Sequence record: OL770074.2
Length of the DNA stretch: 64,000 bases
Direction: 5' to 3' (one strand)
DNA from: Escherichia phage vB_EcoM-RPN187
This document shows positions 54,200-62,007 of this stretch, piece after piece (positions within the stretch are counted from its first letter, which is position 1; every line of letters begins with the position of its first letter). Both the position numbers and the translations under genes were made by a program. Under the pieces are notes generated by a model. That model saw only the letters and a program-made list of their open reading frames with translations. It was not told the DNA's origin and did not search any database.

Positions 54200-54227
54200 A
54201 TAATAACATATCCTAAAAGCATGTACA
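54200..54227 (-). promoter_or_regulatory. early promoter, variant -35 TGTACA, -10 TATTAT
   Basis: gataggtctataata core. Confidence 0.45.
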
Positions 54228-54280
54228 CTACTTTTTTAAAAATATTTTAACCCCCTAAAGGGACCCGAAGGTCCCCACAT

Positions 54281-54562
54281 TTACTTATCACACTTAGCAA
54301 CATAATTAGGCATATCACAGAATACGGAGCGAGTAACTACTCGGCCCTTTGACCATGCTTCAGTTGCTTGTCCGGCTGTGCTATTGATATAGCTTGATCT
54401 AATGTTCTCAATACCCTGAGAATGTGATGCATTTACCGAACCATTAGAAGACCCAGAAGACTGGTTACCACCAGCTCCTGCGCTACCGCTGGCTGCACCC
54501 GTGGTAGCACCGACAGAGAATGCCATCATTACTGCGAATAAACCAATTACTAATTTTTTCAT
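54281..54562 (-). CDS. hypothetical secreted Gly/Ser-rich small protein
   Basis: 93 aa; signal peptide MKKLVIGLFAVMMAFSVGA; SD GAGGT. Confidence 0.5.
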   Translation of the reverse strand: MKKLVIGLFAVMMAFSVGATTGAASGSAGAGGNQSSGSSNGSVNASHSQGIENIRSSYINSTAGQATEAWSKGRVVTRSVFCDMPNYVAKCDK

Positions 54563-54593
54563 ATTTACCTCAAGTTAATGGTTATTTATCTAC

Positions 54594-55583
54594 TTATTTA
54601 TAGTAAGAATTATGATTTTCGAGATAGACTTGTTCAAGGAAGTCATCCCAGAAACTCATATCTACTTTTTGTCGCATACCGTTCTTGGCAGCTTGTTCTG
54701 ACGCATGTTCAACTTGGTCAACGATATCTTCTAGGAATTCTTGTACAGTTTTAAACGTATGTTTACCAAGCTTAACATCGAGAATAAATGGAGCATCCTG
54801 AAGTGGGTAAACCAGGTCGCCGGTTTTATAAATTTCTAATAGTTGAAGTCCACCACGACATGCATGACTCAATGCTTTCCAGTCAATACCTTCGTTAGCT
54901 TCTGCCTTACGAGCACGTTCACCATAGTTCTCTTCCAGTTTAACCAGGATGGCATTGAACTCTTTATTGGTTAATGTGTCTTGGAATTTACGGTCTAACA
55001 GATTATAGAATGTTTGCTTACCTGTTTTCTCGTTTTCAGTTTCAACCCACGAAGCAAATTCACCTACAGGCAGAACATTCTTCATATGTGATAAACGAAT
55101 TACTGCACCATTATCAAAGTATTGTCCCCATTCATTAGAACGTTTAAGGGCTTGACGAAGAACAGCCAGTCGAGAACCCTTGACACCGTATTTAGAAGCT
55201 TGCTTACGGACATACCCTAAATAAGATTTCATGTTAGTGGTATAGAAACGAGACCTGTTATCTTGAATATACTTCCATACATCAGGCAAATCAGATTTAA
55301 CTACTAAACTTGGTGGAGTGTGAAGCATATCTAATGCGACGGTTTCACCATCCGCCGCTAATTTAAAGAAATATTTGAGACTATACAACTCATGGTCCAC
55401 GTCGTCTTTTGTGTTCTTAGAAGATGTGTTATTCGTGTTCTTGCTCATGTGTTCTTTAACGTTACCTGTCAAGATGTCACGAGCATGAGGGACATAAATT
55501 TCTTTAAAATCGACGTCAGATTCAGGAGTAGACGTTCCGTAAAGGTGGCTACCAAAGTAGCCTTTCATAATTGTTTTCATCAT
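54594..55583 (-). CDS. predicted nucleotidyltransferase (Pol-beta/minimal NTase fold)
   Basis: 329 aa; N-terminal GSHLYGTSTPESDVD fits GS-x(9-13)-DxD NTase signature. Confidence 0.55.
   Translation of the reverse strand: MMKTIMKGYFGSHLYGTSTPESDVDFKEIYVPHARDILTGNVKEHMSKNTNNTSSKNTKDDVDHELYSLKYFFKLAADGETVALDMLHTPPSLVVKSDLPDVWKYIQDNRSRFYTTNMKSYLGYVRKQASKYGVKGSRLAVLRQALKRSNEWGQYFDNGAVIRLSHMKNVLPVGEFASWVETENEKTGKQTFYNLLDRKFQDTLTNKEFNAILVKLEENYGERARKAEANEGIDWKALSHACRGGLQLLEIYKTGDLVYPLQDAPFILDVKLGKHTFKTVQEFLEDIVDQVEHASEQAAKNGMRQKVDMSFWDDFLEQVYLENHNSYYK
54595..54602 (-). promoter_or_regulatory. T4-type late promoter box TATAAATA (minus strand), about 33 nt upstream of 54281..54562 start
   Basis: exact match to late promoter consensus; overlaps 3' end of upstream gene. 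Confidence 0.45.
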
Positions 55584-56053
55584 TTAGCCTTATATTCAAG
55601 AGTAGGACAGATTTTTTCTTTACGAGCTTTAAGGTATTCACCTATTAATGATTTCTTACGTTCAATAGGTTCAAGTCCGTTTTTAATTCGTTCTTGGTTT
55701 TGCGCAATGAGCTCAATTTCTTTATAATATTTTCTGTCGTTATATTTGTCTAACAACCAAGACGGACCAATTACCAACCCGGTAGCAATAAAAGCCATGA
55801 CTGCTACCATTAAAATGCCTACACCAATTGAGGCCGGAACTAATGTCCATAGACTGCTAAAAACAAAGAATCTAGTTAAAATTTCCTGGCCAATGATTAC
55901 GACTGCTGCTAAAATAGCAAATCCGATAATTGAAACAGACAATACCGGGATTAACGTTTTCCAAAAATAAGCACACAACGTTTTCGGGCGATTCCATGTA
56001 CTATTGAACGCGGCATAAATTTTAAAGTGCCAAGAGTTTTCATTAATAATCAT
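55580..56053 (-). CDS. hypothetical integral membrane protein (about 3 TM)
   Basis: 157 aa, hydrophobic segments, SD AGGAA. Confidence 0.55.
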   Translation of the reverse strand: MIINENSWHFKIYAAFNSTWNRPKTLCAYFWKTLIPVLSVSIIGFAILAAVVIIGQEILTRFFVFSSLWTLVPASIGVGILMVAVMAFIATGLVIGPSWLLDKYNDRKYYKEIELIAQNQERIKNGLEPIERKKSLIGEYLKARKEKICPTLEYKAK

Positions 56054-56062
56054 AATAATTCC

Positions 56063-56593
56063 TTATTTCAAAGTCGGGATAATAGAATCAAGATAAGCTT
56101 TAAGAGCAACTGCTTCATCTTTGTCTAATGTAATGATATGTTGACGAAGGTCATCAATTTGACGAATAACTACGACATCACCATCTTCATACGAAGGATT
56201 AACGCCTAAGACCGTTGTAGAGTCAGGGTTGGCCGGATTTGTAATAAAAGCATTACGGCATTTAGCCCATTGAAGTTTGGCCTTTTTGGCTGTTTCAGAT
56301 TCCACGAATTCTTTCACCTTAGTGACGAATGTTTTCCAATTATTAATAGAAAAACATTCGTCTTCAGTTTCGATATTAACCCCACTATAAAGTCCATGAT
56401 AAAAACGAACTTGAAGGTCTTCATTAATGTTAATTACAGATGCATGACCCGGTGGATTGAGTTTCAAAATCTTGTCCAGTTCCATAGGAAGAATAGTAGC
56501 AGCATCATCTTCTTGTGTCAGAACATACACATAACCACGTTTTTCGATACATAAATCACCAAACAACTCGGTTGTTTCAATTACAGTTTTCAT
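56063..56593 (-). CDS. hypothetical protein
   Basis: ATG (MKTVIETT) with SD GGTGA; ORF-track start TTG. Confidence 0.5.
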   Translation of the reverse strand: MKTVIETTELFGDLCIEKRGYVYVLTQEDDAATILPMELDKILKLNPPGHASVININEDLQVRFYHGLYSGVNIETEDECFSINNWKTFVTKVKEFVESETAKKAKLQWAKCRNAFITNPANPDSTTVLGVNPSYEDGDVVVIRQIDDLRQHIITLDKDEAVALKAYLDSIIPTLK

Positions 56594-56594
56594 A

Positions 56595-56774
56595 TTATTC
56601 ACCAATTAAAGTTTCAACAAAATTCACCAAAGCATTCTGACAAGCATCAACCTGATTTTCATAAAAGCCTACATTATCATTTACCGCATGATAAGCTACA
56701 TCATTCAAATCTGAATCAGCTTCGCGCAAGTCACGAATAAGGTCCATCAATTTATTAGCTTGTTCACGGGTCAT
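56595..56774 (-). CDS. possible small acidic protein (59 aa)
   Basis: own translation MTREQANKLMDLIRDLREADSDL...; TAATATG junction with downstream gene. Confidence 0.35.
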   Translation of the reverse strand: MTREQANKLMDLIRDLREADSDLNDVAYHAVNDNVGFYENQVDACQNALVNFVETLIGE

Positions 56775-56881
56775 TTTACCATACTCGTTTCAATAAGATT
56801 CACTATGCCGTTTACCATGTTATAAGTAAACATCGGATAATTGTATTGTACTACAACATAAGCGATAAGCAAAAGTTTCAT
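56771..56881 (-). CDS. possible small hydrophobic peptide (36 aa)
   Basis: own translation MKLLLIAYVVVQYNYP...; SD GGAG; ATGA overlap with next ORF. Confidence 0.25.
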   Translation of the reverse strand: MKLLLIAYVVVQYNYPMFTYNMVNGIVNLIETSMVK

Positions 56882-56909
56882 TTTGTTCTCCATTTGTTTT
56901 GGTAGGACT

Positions 56910-56939
56910 ACTATAACATAGTCCTACCAAGACGTAAAC
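56910..56939 (-). promoter_or_regulatory. early promoter: -35 GTTTAC, 18 nt, -10 TATAGT within 10-bp inverted repeat GGTAGGACTA/TAGTCCTACC
   Basis: minus-strand read. Confidence 0.55.
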
Positions 56940-57154
56940 TACCGATTATGTTTTAAAATACTATAAAGAGCTTCTACTTGGCTTGCATCCAGGTAAATAA
57001 CATCATCATCTTGCTCAATGGAAATTCCGCCAGTATTACCTTCAACGAAATTACATTCGCATACTTCAACGGTGCGATATACATCACCAACTGGATGCCC
57101 AGGCTCCAGAACAATCACACCATCTTCAGAACAACCGCTTGGGTCATATAACAT
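56939..57154 (-). CDS. hypothetical small Cys-containing protein, paralog of 57246..57410
   Basis: ATG (MLYDPSGCSEDGV) with strong SD GAGGAAA. Confidence 0.45.
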   Translation of the reverse strand: MLYDPSGCSEDGVIVLEPGHPVGDVYRTVEVCECNFVEGNTGGISIEQDDDVIYLDASQVEALYSILKHNR

Positions 57155-57245
57155 TACAGTTTCCTCGCTAACCATGAAAAGAATAAACCAATTAAAACAG
57201 GTCCTACAGCCATTGTTAACCAAGCCCAAGGTTCAAGATAATAAA

Positions 57246-57410
57246 TCATCTCATGCTCCTGTGCCAACAGTTTCTTGGTTCACGTTTAAAAATTTCATCA
57301 TGCATTGATTGACAACCAACACAATATATCACCACCATATCATCTTCAGCGCTTTCAGGTAAAAGTTCAAGTACACCGTCTTCAGATTTTCCAGTATAAT
57401 CGTAAAGCAT
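57246..57410 (-). CDS. hypothetical small protein, paralog of 56939..57154
   Basis: ATG (MLYDYTGKSEDGV) with SD GAGGA; CVGC motif. Confidence 0.4.
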   Translation of the reverse strand: MLYDYTGKSEDGVLELLPESAEDDMVVIYCVGCQSMHDEIFKREPRNCWHRSMR

Positions 57411-57417
57411 AATATCC

Positions 57418-57597
57418 TCACATAATCTCGTTAACATACATTTGCAATTCGGTGTGGGCTTCGGCCATCTTTTTCATAGCTCTGTTAATGTCGATGTCTC
57501 CATCTTCGCAACCATGAGCATTTTCCCAATCAGATACAGCATTAGCGTACTCTTCAATCAAAAACATTAACTTAGAAATTTTTTCTTTACGTGACAT
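57418..57597 (-). CDS. hypothetical small protein
   Basis: ATG (MSRKEKI) with SD GGAG; ORF-track start TTG. Confidence 0.45.
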   Translation of the reverse strand: MSRKEKISKLMFLIEEYANAVSDWENAHGCEDGDIDINRAMKKMAEAHTELQMYVNEIM

Positions 57598-57624
57598 AAC
57601 GTTCTCCTCTAGTAAGTAAAGACT

Positions 57625-57653
57625 ACTATAACACAACCTGAGGAGAAGTAAAC
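57625..57653 (-). promoter_or_regulatory. early promoter: -35 GTTTAC, 17 nt, -10 TATAGT; 7-bp inverted repeat includes the SD
   Basis: minus-strand read. Confidence 0.55.
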
Positions 57654-57663
57654 TGCTAAATGC

Positions 57664-57691
57664 AAAAAAGCCCCAACCGTAAGGAAGGGGC
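57664..57691 (-). terminator. rho-independent terminator GCCCC...GGGGC followed by U6
   Basis: GC-rich stem then 6 A on plus (U-run on minus), just downstream of 57699..58001. Confidence 0.6.
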
Positions 57692-57698
57692 TAGTAAA

Positions 57699-58001
57699 TT
57701 AGATAGATGTAGGCTCTAATTTTATTTTCATGAACTCGGCAAATTGTCTGGCAGTTTTTATGCCTTGTTCATGACATTCAAATGCATCATCACAGGGGCT
57801 ATTTTTGTAATGCTTTACCATATACTTATAGAATTTTTCAGAATTCTCAACATTTTGAATTTCAAACAAAGTATATACGTTTTTAATCCCTGATTCCATA
57901 AAGTTATCAAAATATGGGTCGGTATACGCAGTACCAACGTTAGGAGTTGTTGCTGCAAAAAACCCCAGCATCGCCATTACAGCTATCGCTCTTAAGGCCA
58001 T
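57699..58001 (-). CDS. hypothetical secreted protein
   Basis: 100 aa; signal peptide MALRAIAVMAMLGFFAA; strong SD AGGAGG. Confidence 0.55.
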   Translation of the reverse strand: MALRAIAVMAMLGFFAATTPNVGTAYTDPYFDNFMESGIKNVYTLFEIQNVENSEKFYKYMVKHYKNSPCDDAFECHEQGIKTARQFAEFMKIKLEPTSI

Positions 58002-58013
58002 ATAGGCCTCCTG

Positions 58014-58226
58014 TTAATTTTGGCCAGTATTTATTTTTCGCCTTTGGACGGCCTTAACATCTGTGAGGTATTTTTCCAGCTTGCGCTTGCGTGTATAATC
58101 AGCTTTAGAACCGGTTTGACGGATATCCTCGTTTAAATGAGAAATAGAATGTCCTAATTCTCTTCGGATTTCATCCAATTGGGTTACAGTAAGATTACGA
58201 AGTTGTCTTTCGTTTAATTGCTGCAT
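58014..58226 (-). CDS. hypothetical small basic protein
   Basis: 70 aa, ATG, SD GAGGT. Confidence 0.5.
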   Translation of the reverse strand: MQQLNERQLRNLTVTQLDEIRRELGHSISHLNEDIRQTGSKADYTRKRKLEKYLTDVKAVQRRKINTGQN

Positions 58227-58250
58227 ATATACCTCTTGGTTAGATATTAG

Positions 58251-58258
58251 TATTTATA
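58251..58258 (-). promoter_or_regulatory. T4-type late promoter box TATAAATA (minus strand), about 25 nt upstream of 58014..58226 start
   Basis: exact consensus match; overlaps 3' end of tk. Confidence 0.45.
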
Positions 58259-58835
58259 ACAACCCTGTCAAATCATTCCAATGCTTCCGGCATAATGACA
58301 CATATCTATCAGTATCACCAATTTCAATTTGACTGCCATCTGTAATTGGAAGTCCGTCTTCCGTGACTCTAGCTACCATTGTGGCCTTTTTACCGCAATG
58401 ACAGACACCTTTAAGTTCAACAAGCTTATCGGCAATAGCCATTAATGCTTGAGAACCTTCAAATAGATTACCTTTAAAATCTGTTCGTAGTCCATATGCC
58501 ATTACCGGCACATTGTATACGTCAACAATACGACTAAGTTGATACACCTTTTCAGTAGTTAAGAACTGAGCTTCGTCAACAAATACACAATGAATATCCT
58601 TTTGTGCTGCGGCCCATTTATAGAATTCAAAGATATCCATGTCTTTTGTAATTATATTGGCGTCCTGACGAATACCAATACGAGAGACTATTTCACCTTT
58701 TGAATCGCGAGTATCAATAGCCGGTTTAAGAACTAATACACCCATGCCACGTTCTTTATAGTTATGTGCGGCAGTAAGTAATGAAGCAGACTTACCAGCG
58801 TTCATAGCGGCATATGTAAAAATTAAACTAGCCAT
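58254..58835 (-). CDS. tk: thymidine kinase
   Basis: 193 aa; P-loop AMNAGKS, zinc ribbon CHCGKKA...CRKHW; T4 tk 193 aa. Confidence 0.9.
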   Translation of the reverse strand: MASLIFTYAAMNAGKSASLLTAAHNYKERGMGVLVLKPAIDTRDSKGEIVSRIGIRQDANIITKDMDIFEFYKWAAAQKDIHCVFVDEAQFLTTEKVYQLSRIVDVYNVPVMAYGLRTDFKGNLFEGSQALMAIADKLVELKGVCHCGKKATMVARVTEDGLPITDGSQIEIGDTDRYVSLCRKHWNDLTGLL

Positions 58836-58844
58836 AAGAGTCCC

Positions 58845-59027
58845 TTATAGTGAATTCACGTAGTCAATGAGTTCTTGTTCTTTCCTATCAAATGATTCCA
58901 ACAATGCTTGATATTCTTCATCTGTTAAAGGAGCATATTCATCGTACGCATTGGTGGCTGCTTGCTCATCCAATAGGTCATGGATAAGATCAAACAGTTT
59001 AGCTTTCTCTTCTTTAGTTAATTTCAT
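58845..59027 (-). CDS. hypothetical small acidic protein
   Basis: 60 aa, ATG, ATGA overlap. Confidence 0.5.
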   Translation of the reverse strand: MKLTKEEKAKLFDLIHDLLDEQAATNAYDEYAPLTDEEYQALLESFDRKEQELIDYVNSL

Positions 59028-59230
59028 TTAGGTTCACCTTCTTTAACGAAATCTGGGTAAGGGTAAAATCCTGAGTAAAACCCTTCACCTTTATGATTGC
59101 TACAACCTTTGTTCGAACAGTAACACCAATAATCAAAATCACAAGCCATTTCGTCATTGCATAAAGCAAAAACTACAGGCCATTCGCATTTTTCGCATTT
59201 AGCACCTGTAAGAATTTTTGTTTGACTCAT
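59024..59230 (-). CDS. hypothetical Cys-rich small protein
   Basis: ATG (MSQTKIL) with SD AAGGTGA; CEKCEW...CYCSNKGC. Confidence 0.45.
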   Translation of the reverse strand: MSQTKILTGAKCEKCEWPVVFALCNDEMACDFDYWCYCSNKGCSNHKGEGFYSGFYPYPDFVKEGEPK

Positions 59231-59439
59231 AGCCATGTCACCTTTAAGCAATATTCTTCTACATGTTGTTTACGACCTTTCTTATCAATAAAGGTATATT
59301 CAACGAATGTTCCGATGTAGTCTTTATCTACATCATGTGGACTATTAATTGGACATTTGGTACGACAAATGCGTTCCCATTGACGAATAATTACTGCCTT
59401 ATTCTTTGGGTCATACGGATGTGGATAATGTATATTCAT
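59227..59439 (-). CDS. hypothetical small protein
   Basis: ATG (MNIHYPH) with SD GGGAA; ATGA overlaps both neighbours. Confidence 0.45.
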   Translation of the reverse strand: MNIHYPHPYDPKNKAVIIRQWERICRTKCPINSPHDVDKDYIGTFVEYTFIDKKGRKQHVEEYCLKVTWL

Positions 59440-59903
59440 AATAATGGTTCCCAATCAACAATCACAATTTCTAGTTTAGTGGAATACGTATCTAAAATCT
59501 CTTCGATGACATCCCAGTTTCCACCACCGATACCTGCACCAATTCTTGGCATGTAAATTACAGGCTTTGTTATCTTATTCTTTCCGAATTCATTTAATTC
59601 TATTATACAATTCATTAAAGCAAAGTACTCAAAATTAGGTCCAGGCTCAAACTGCGTATAAAGATTAAAGCAATAAGCTTTATGTGTCTTAAAATATTTT
59701 TCATAAACTGAATAAGTCCCGAGTTTAGACTCGTCTCCGAATTCAGTTTGAAGTTTATCGGCTTCTAGAATTTTTGGATAAGCCTTTGCTAATTGTCCTG
59801 CCACACCAGCGCCCATTGTATGAAAACAATTACACCCATGAGCAATATTATTACCTTTAGAAAACAGGGCGACAATATCGCCCTTGATATAGTTTTTAAT
59901 CAC
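59436..59903 (-). CDS. macro-domain protein (ADP-ribose binding/hydrolase fold); start uncertain, probably GTG
   Basis: NIAHGCNCFHTMGAGVAGQLA and RIGAGIGGG macro-domain motifs; no ATG upstream of domain; GTG with SD GAGGAC. Confidence 0.65.
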   Translation of the reverse strand: MIKNYIKGDIVALFSKGNNIAHGCNCFHTMGAGVAGQLAKAYPKILEADKLQTEFGDESKLGTYSVYEKYFKTHKAYCFNLYTQFEPGPNFEYFALMNCIIELNEFGKNKITKPVIYMPRIGAGIGGGNWDVIEEILDTYSTKLEIVIVDWEPLL

Positions 59904-60243
59904 TTGCTGCAAGTCCTCTAGTATAAGAGTCAACTAGACGGTCCACCATAGAATTGCATGCTGCCTTATCTTTAGGTTCCGCCACCGAGCATTCTAATAT
60001 TTGCCATTTTTTATAGTATCTTTTAATTAAGGTGGACGCCTTGAACCTACTAGTCGCCCCATCTTTTTCTCCGTCTTTATACGCATATAACAATTTTTGT
60101 GAAAAATCTACTTTACACTCTTGACTTTTACCACAATAATCAGACGCTGTTCTGTTTGTATACTCCGTTACATCAGTATATGTAGTATTAGCAAGAGCGT
60201 TAAACGAAACCAAGCCAACTATTAAAGCCAACATTTTGGTCAT
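59896..60243 (-). CDS. hypothetical secreted protein
   Basis: 115 aa; signal peptide MTKMLALIVGLVSFNALA. Confidence 0.55.
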   Translation of the reverse strand: MTKMLALIVGLVSFNALANTTYTDVTEYTNRTASDYCGKSQECKVDFSQKLLYAYKDGEKDGATSRFKASTLIKRYYKKWQILECSVAEPKDKAACNSMVDRLVDSYTRGLAASD

Positions 60244-60782
60244 TCTTTTATTTCCAGTAGTTTGTTTGATTTAAGGTAATTAGCCTTTTCTAGGACTTCA
60301 GAAGCATATTTACTTCCAGCACTTGTCTTCCATCCCGCATTATATGAGGATATAGCTTTTCTTATATCCCCGTTATGTATATTTAACCAATAAGAAAATT
60401 CGATATAAGCCCATCTGGCTGAATTAGACCGCTTAGATAGCATTTTCTTAATTTGGGCATCAGTCATATTATAACCAAGCTGGTTAATTCTTGCCCTCAT
60501 TGTTGGTAGATAATTTTGGAACATTCCATACGCATGGTGACCTTTCTTATCTTTAAGATTAATACCGGCAGATGATTCCTGCCATAGTATTGCGGCCATT
60601 ATGTATCCAAGTCCTTTCTTATGCATGTTTTCATGCGTTTTAAATTTTCCATCCTTAGAAAACTGTTCCCCAAACTGATAAGCATAATTCAAGTTATCGA
60701 GTTGGACATTACTAAAAGTATGCTCGGAGCTATGTGCTGATAATGAAAGAGCAAATAGACCAGCGAGTAGTGCTTTTCTCAT
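60240..60782 (-). CDS. secreted lytic transglycosylase-like protein (SLT domain)
   Basis: 180 aa; signal peptide; LWQESSAG...AYGMFQ resembles SLT catalytic E-S and GLMQ motifs. Confidence 0.55.
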   Translation of the reverse strand: MRKALLAGLFALSLSAHSSEHTFSNVQLDNLNYAYQFGEQFSKDGKFKTHENMHKKGLGYIMAAILWQESSAGINLKDKKGHHAYGMFQNYLPTMRARINQLGYNMTDAQIKKMLSKRSNSARWAYIEFSYWLNIHNGDIRKAISSYNAGWKTSAGSKYASEVLEKANYLKSNKLLEIKE

Positions 60783-60790
60783 GTTTACCT

Positions 60791-61249
60791 CTAGATTTTA
60801 ATCACTGCTTTAGAAGCTTTTCCTGGTAGTCGTTTACTGTTAATAATAGCCATTCTGCATTGAAGAGTCTTCATTTTGAACGCTGGATTTTCGCGACAAA
60901 CTGTAAGTCCTAACCAAAGATTTCCGTCAGTTATTTCTAAACGGCCTGGGCGATATTCGACACCTTCGACAAAATCTTCATCAACATCTGGACGTGCCGG
61001 CATTGATAAAAATTCTGTAACTTCTTTAACATGATTTTTTACTTTACGAAATAATTCAAAAACGTAGTTCTCATCTATTTCTCTCTGGATGGCACGATCT
61101 AAGAGATGTTGAGAATACTTGATATGAAAGCCTGGTAGTCCAAGAGACTTTGCAGCATCTTTTATACCGGCATTTATTTTGCGGAACTCCGTTTCAAAGA
61201 TTCGACGGAGTTTATTACGGCGGATAAAAACGTCAGAATTGATAGTCAT
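60791..61249 (-). CDS. regB: endoribonuclease RegB
   Basis: 152 aa; closely matches recalled T4 RegB (FHIKYSQHLLDRAIQREIDE...RPGRLEITDGNLWLG). Confidence 0.85.
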   Translation of the reverse strand: MTINSDVFIRRNKLRRIFETEFRKINAGIKDAAKSLGLPGFHIKYSQHLLDRAIQREIDENYVFELFRKVKNHVKEVTEFLSMPARPDVDEDFVEGVEYRPGRLEITDGNLWLGLTVCRENPAFKMKTLQCRMAIINSKRLPGKASKAVIKI

Positions 61250-61277
61250 TTTTTATTTCTCCTCTAGTTGACAGGTC

Positions 61278-61306
61278 TATAGTAACACAACTAGAGGAGA
61301 AGTAAA
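61278..61306 (-). promoter_or_regulatory. early promoter cassette: -35 GTTTAC, 17 nt, -10 TACTAT, flanked by 9-bp inverted repeat CTCTAGTTG/CAACTAGAG next to regB SD
   Basis: minus-strand read. Confidence 0.6.
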
Positions 61307-61311
61307 CTACT

Positions 61312-61527
61312 TTATTGATAAAATGGAGTTAAAGCCCAAGATTCTTTAGATACCATATCGGCGAAATGCCTCATCTCTTCGATTTGGCGACGACGCTGGT
61401 CAGCATAGTCTTCTTCGCCTTCTTCCTTACAATCTTCAAGGTCTTCTTCAAGATACTTTAAGTATTCACTACAAATTTTGTTGACCTTTTCTTGAAAGTC
61501 CAATAACCCAGTAATAGTAGAAGCCAT
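61312..61527 (-). CDS. hypothetical small acidic protein
   Basis: 71 aa, TAATG overlap. Confidence 0.5.
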   Translation of the reverse strand: MASTITGLLDFQEKVNKICSEYLKYLEEDLEDCKEEGEEDYADQRRRQIEEMRHFADMVSKESWALTPFYQ

Positions 61528-61793
61528 TAGTATTTTTCCTCAGGTCGAAATACTGCACGACATGCCCACATGCTGGCTTCTTTTAGATGTTGCTTAGCAT
61601 ACTTAAGAGCCTGCACTGCATCCATATCTTCTTTGGTTTGTTGCTCTGATTCATTTTCTTTCAAGATATATGCTTCTTCAATCAGAGCATCAAACATCAA
61701 TCCAAGACGGACTTCTGCATCTTTAATAGCGTTCACTTTACTGATTTTATCATCGGTATGCGGCTTGTAGCCTTTGATGTCTTCAATCGACAT
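61527..61793 (-). CDS. hypothetical protein (88 aa)
   Basis: ATG (MSIEDIKGY) with strong SD GAGGAAA chosen over long track ORF. Confidence 0.45.
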   Translation of the reverse strand: MSIEDIKGYKPHTDDKISKVNAIKDAEVRLGLMFDALIEEAYILKENESEQQTKEDMDAVQALKYAKQHLKEASMWACRAVFRPEEKY

Positions 61794-62007
61794 AAGGAAT
61801 TTCCTCATCGGTGGCAAGGTCATATTCGACCAATTGGATAGGCTCATTAATACCATATCCGCGTACAGTGATATCGGTTGACGGATATTTTCCAGTAATA
61901 TCACCAATTCTAAATGATTCAATGAATGATTGCTCGCCTGAGCAACTAAACCAGGCGGCAAAACATTTTAAAACATCTTCAGACCCTTCTATAATCAATT
62001 TAGCCAT
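61783..62007 (-). CDS. hypothetical small protein
   Basis: 74 aa, TAATG overlap with grcA stop. Confidence 0.5.
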   Translation of the reverse strand: MAKLIIEGSEDVLKCFAAWFSCSGEQSFIESFRIGDITGKYPSTDITVRGYGINEPIQLVEYDLATDEEIPYVD

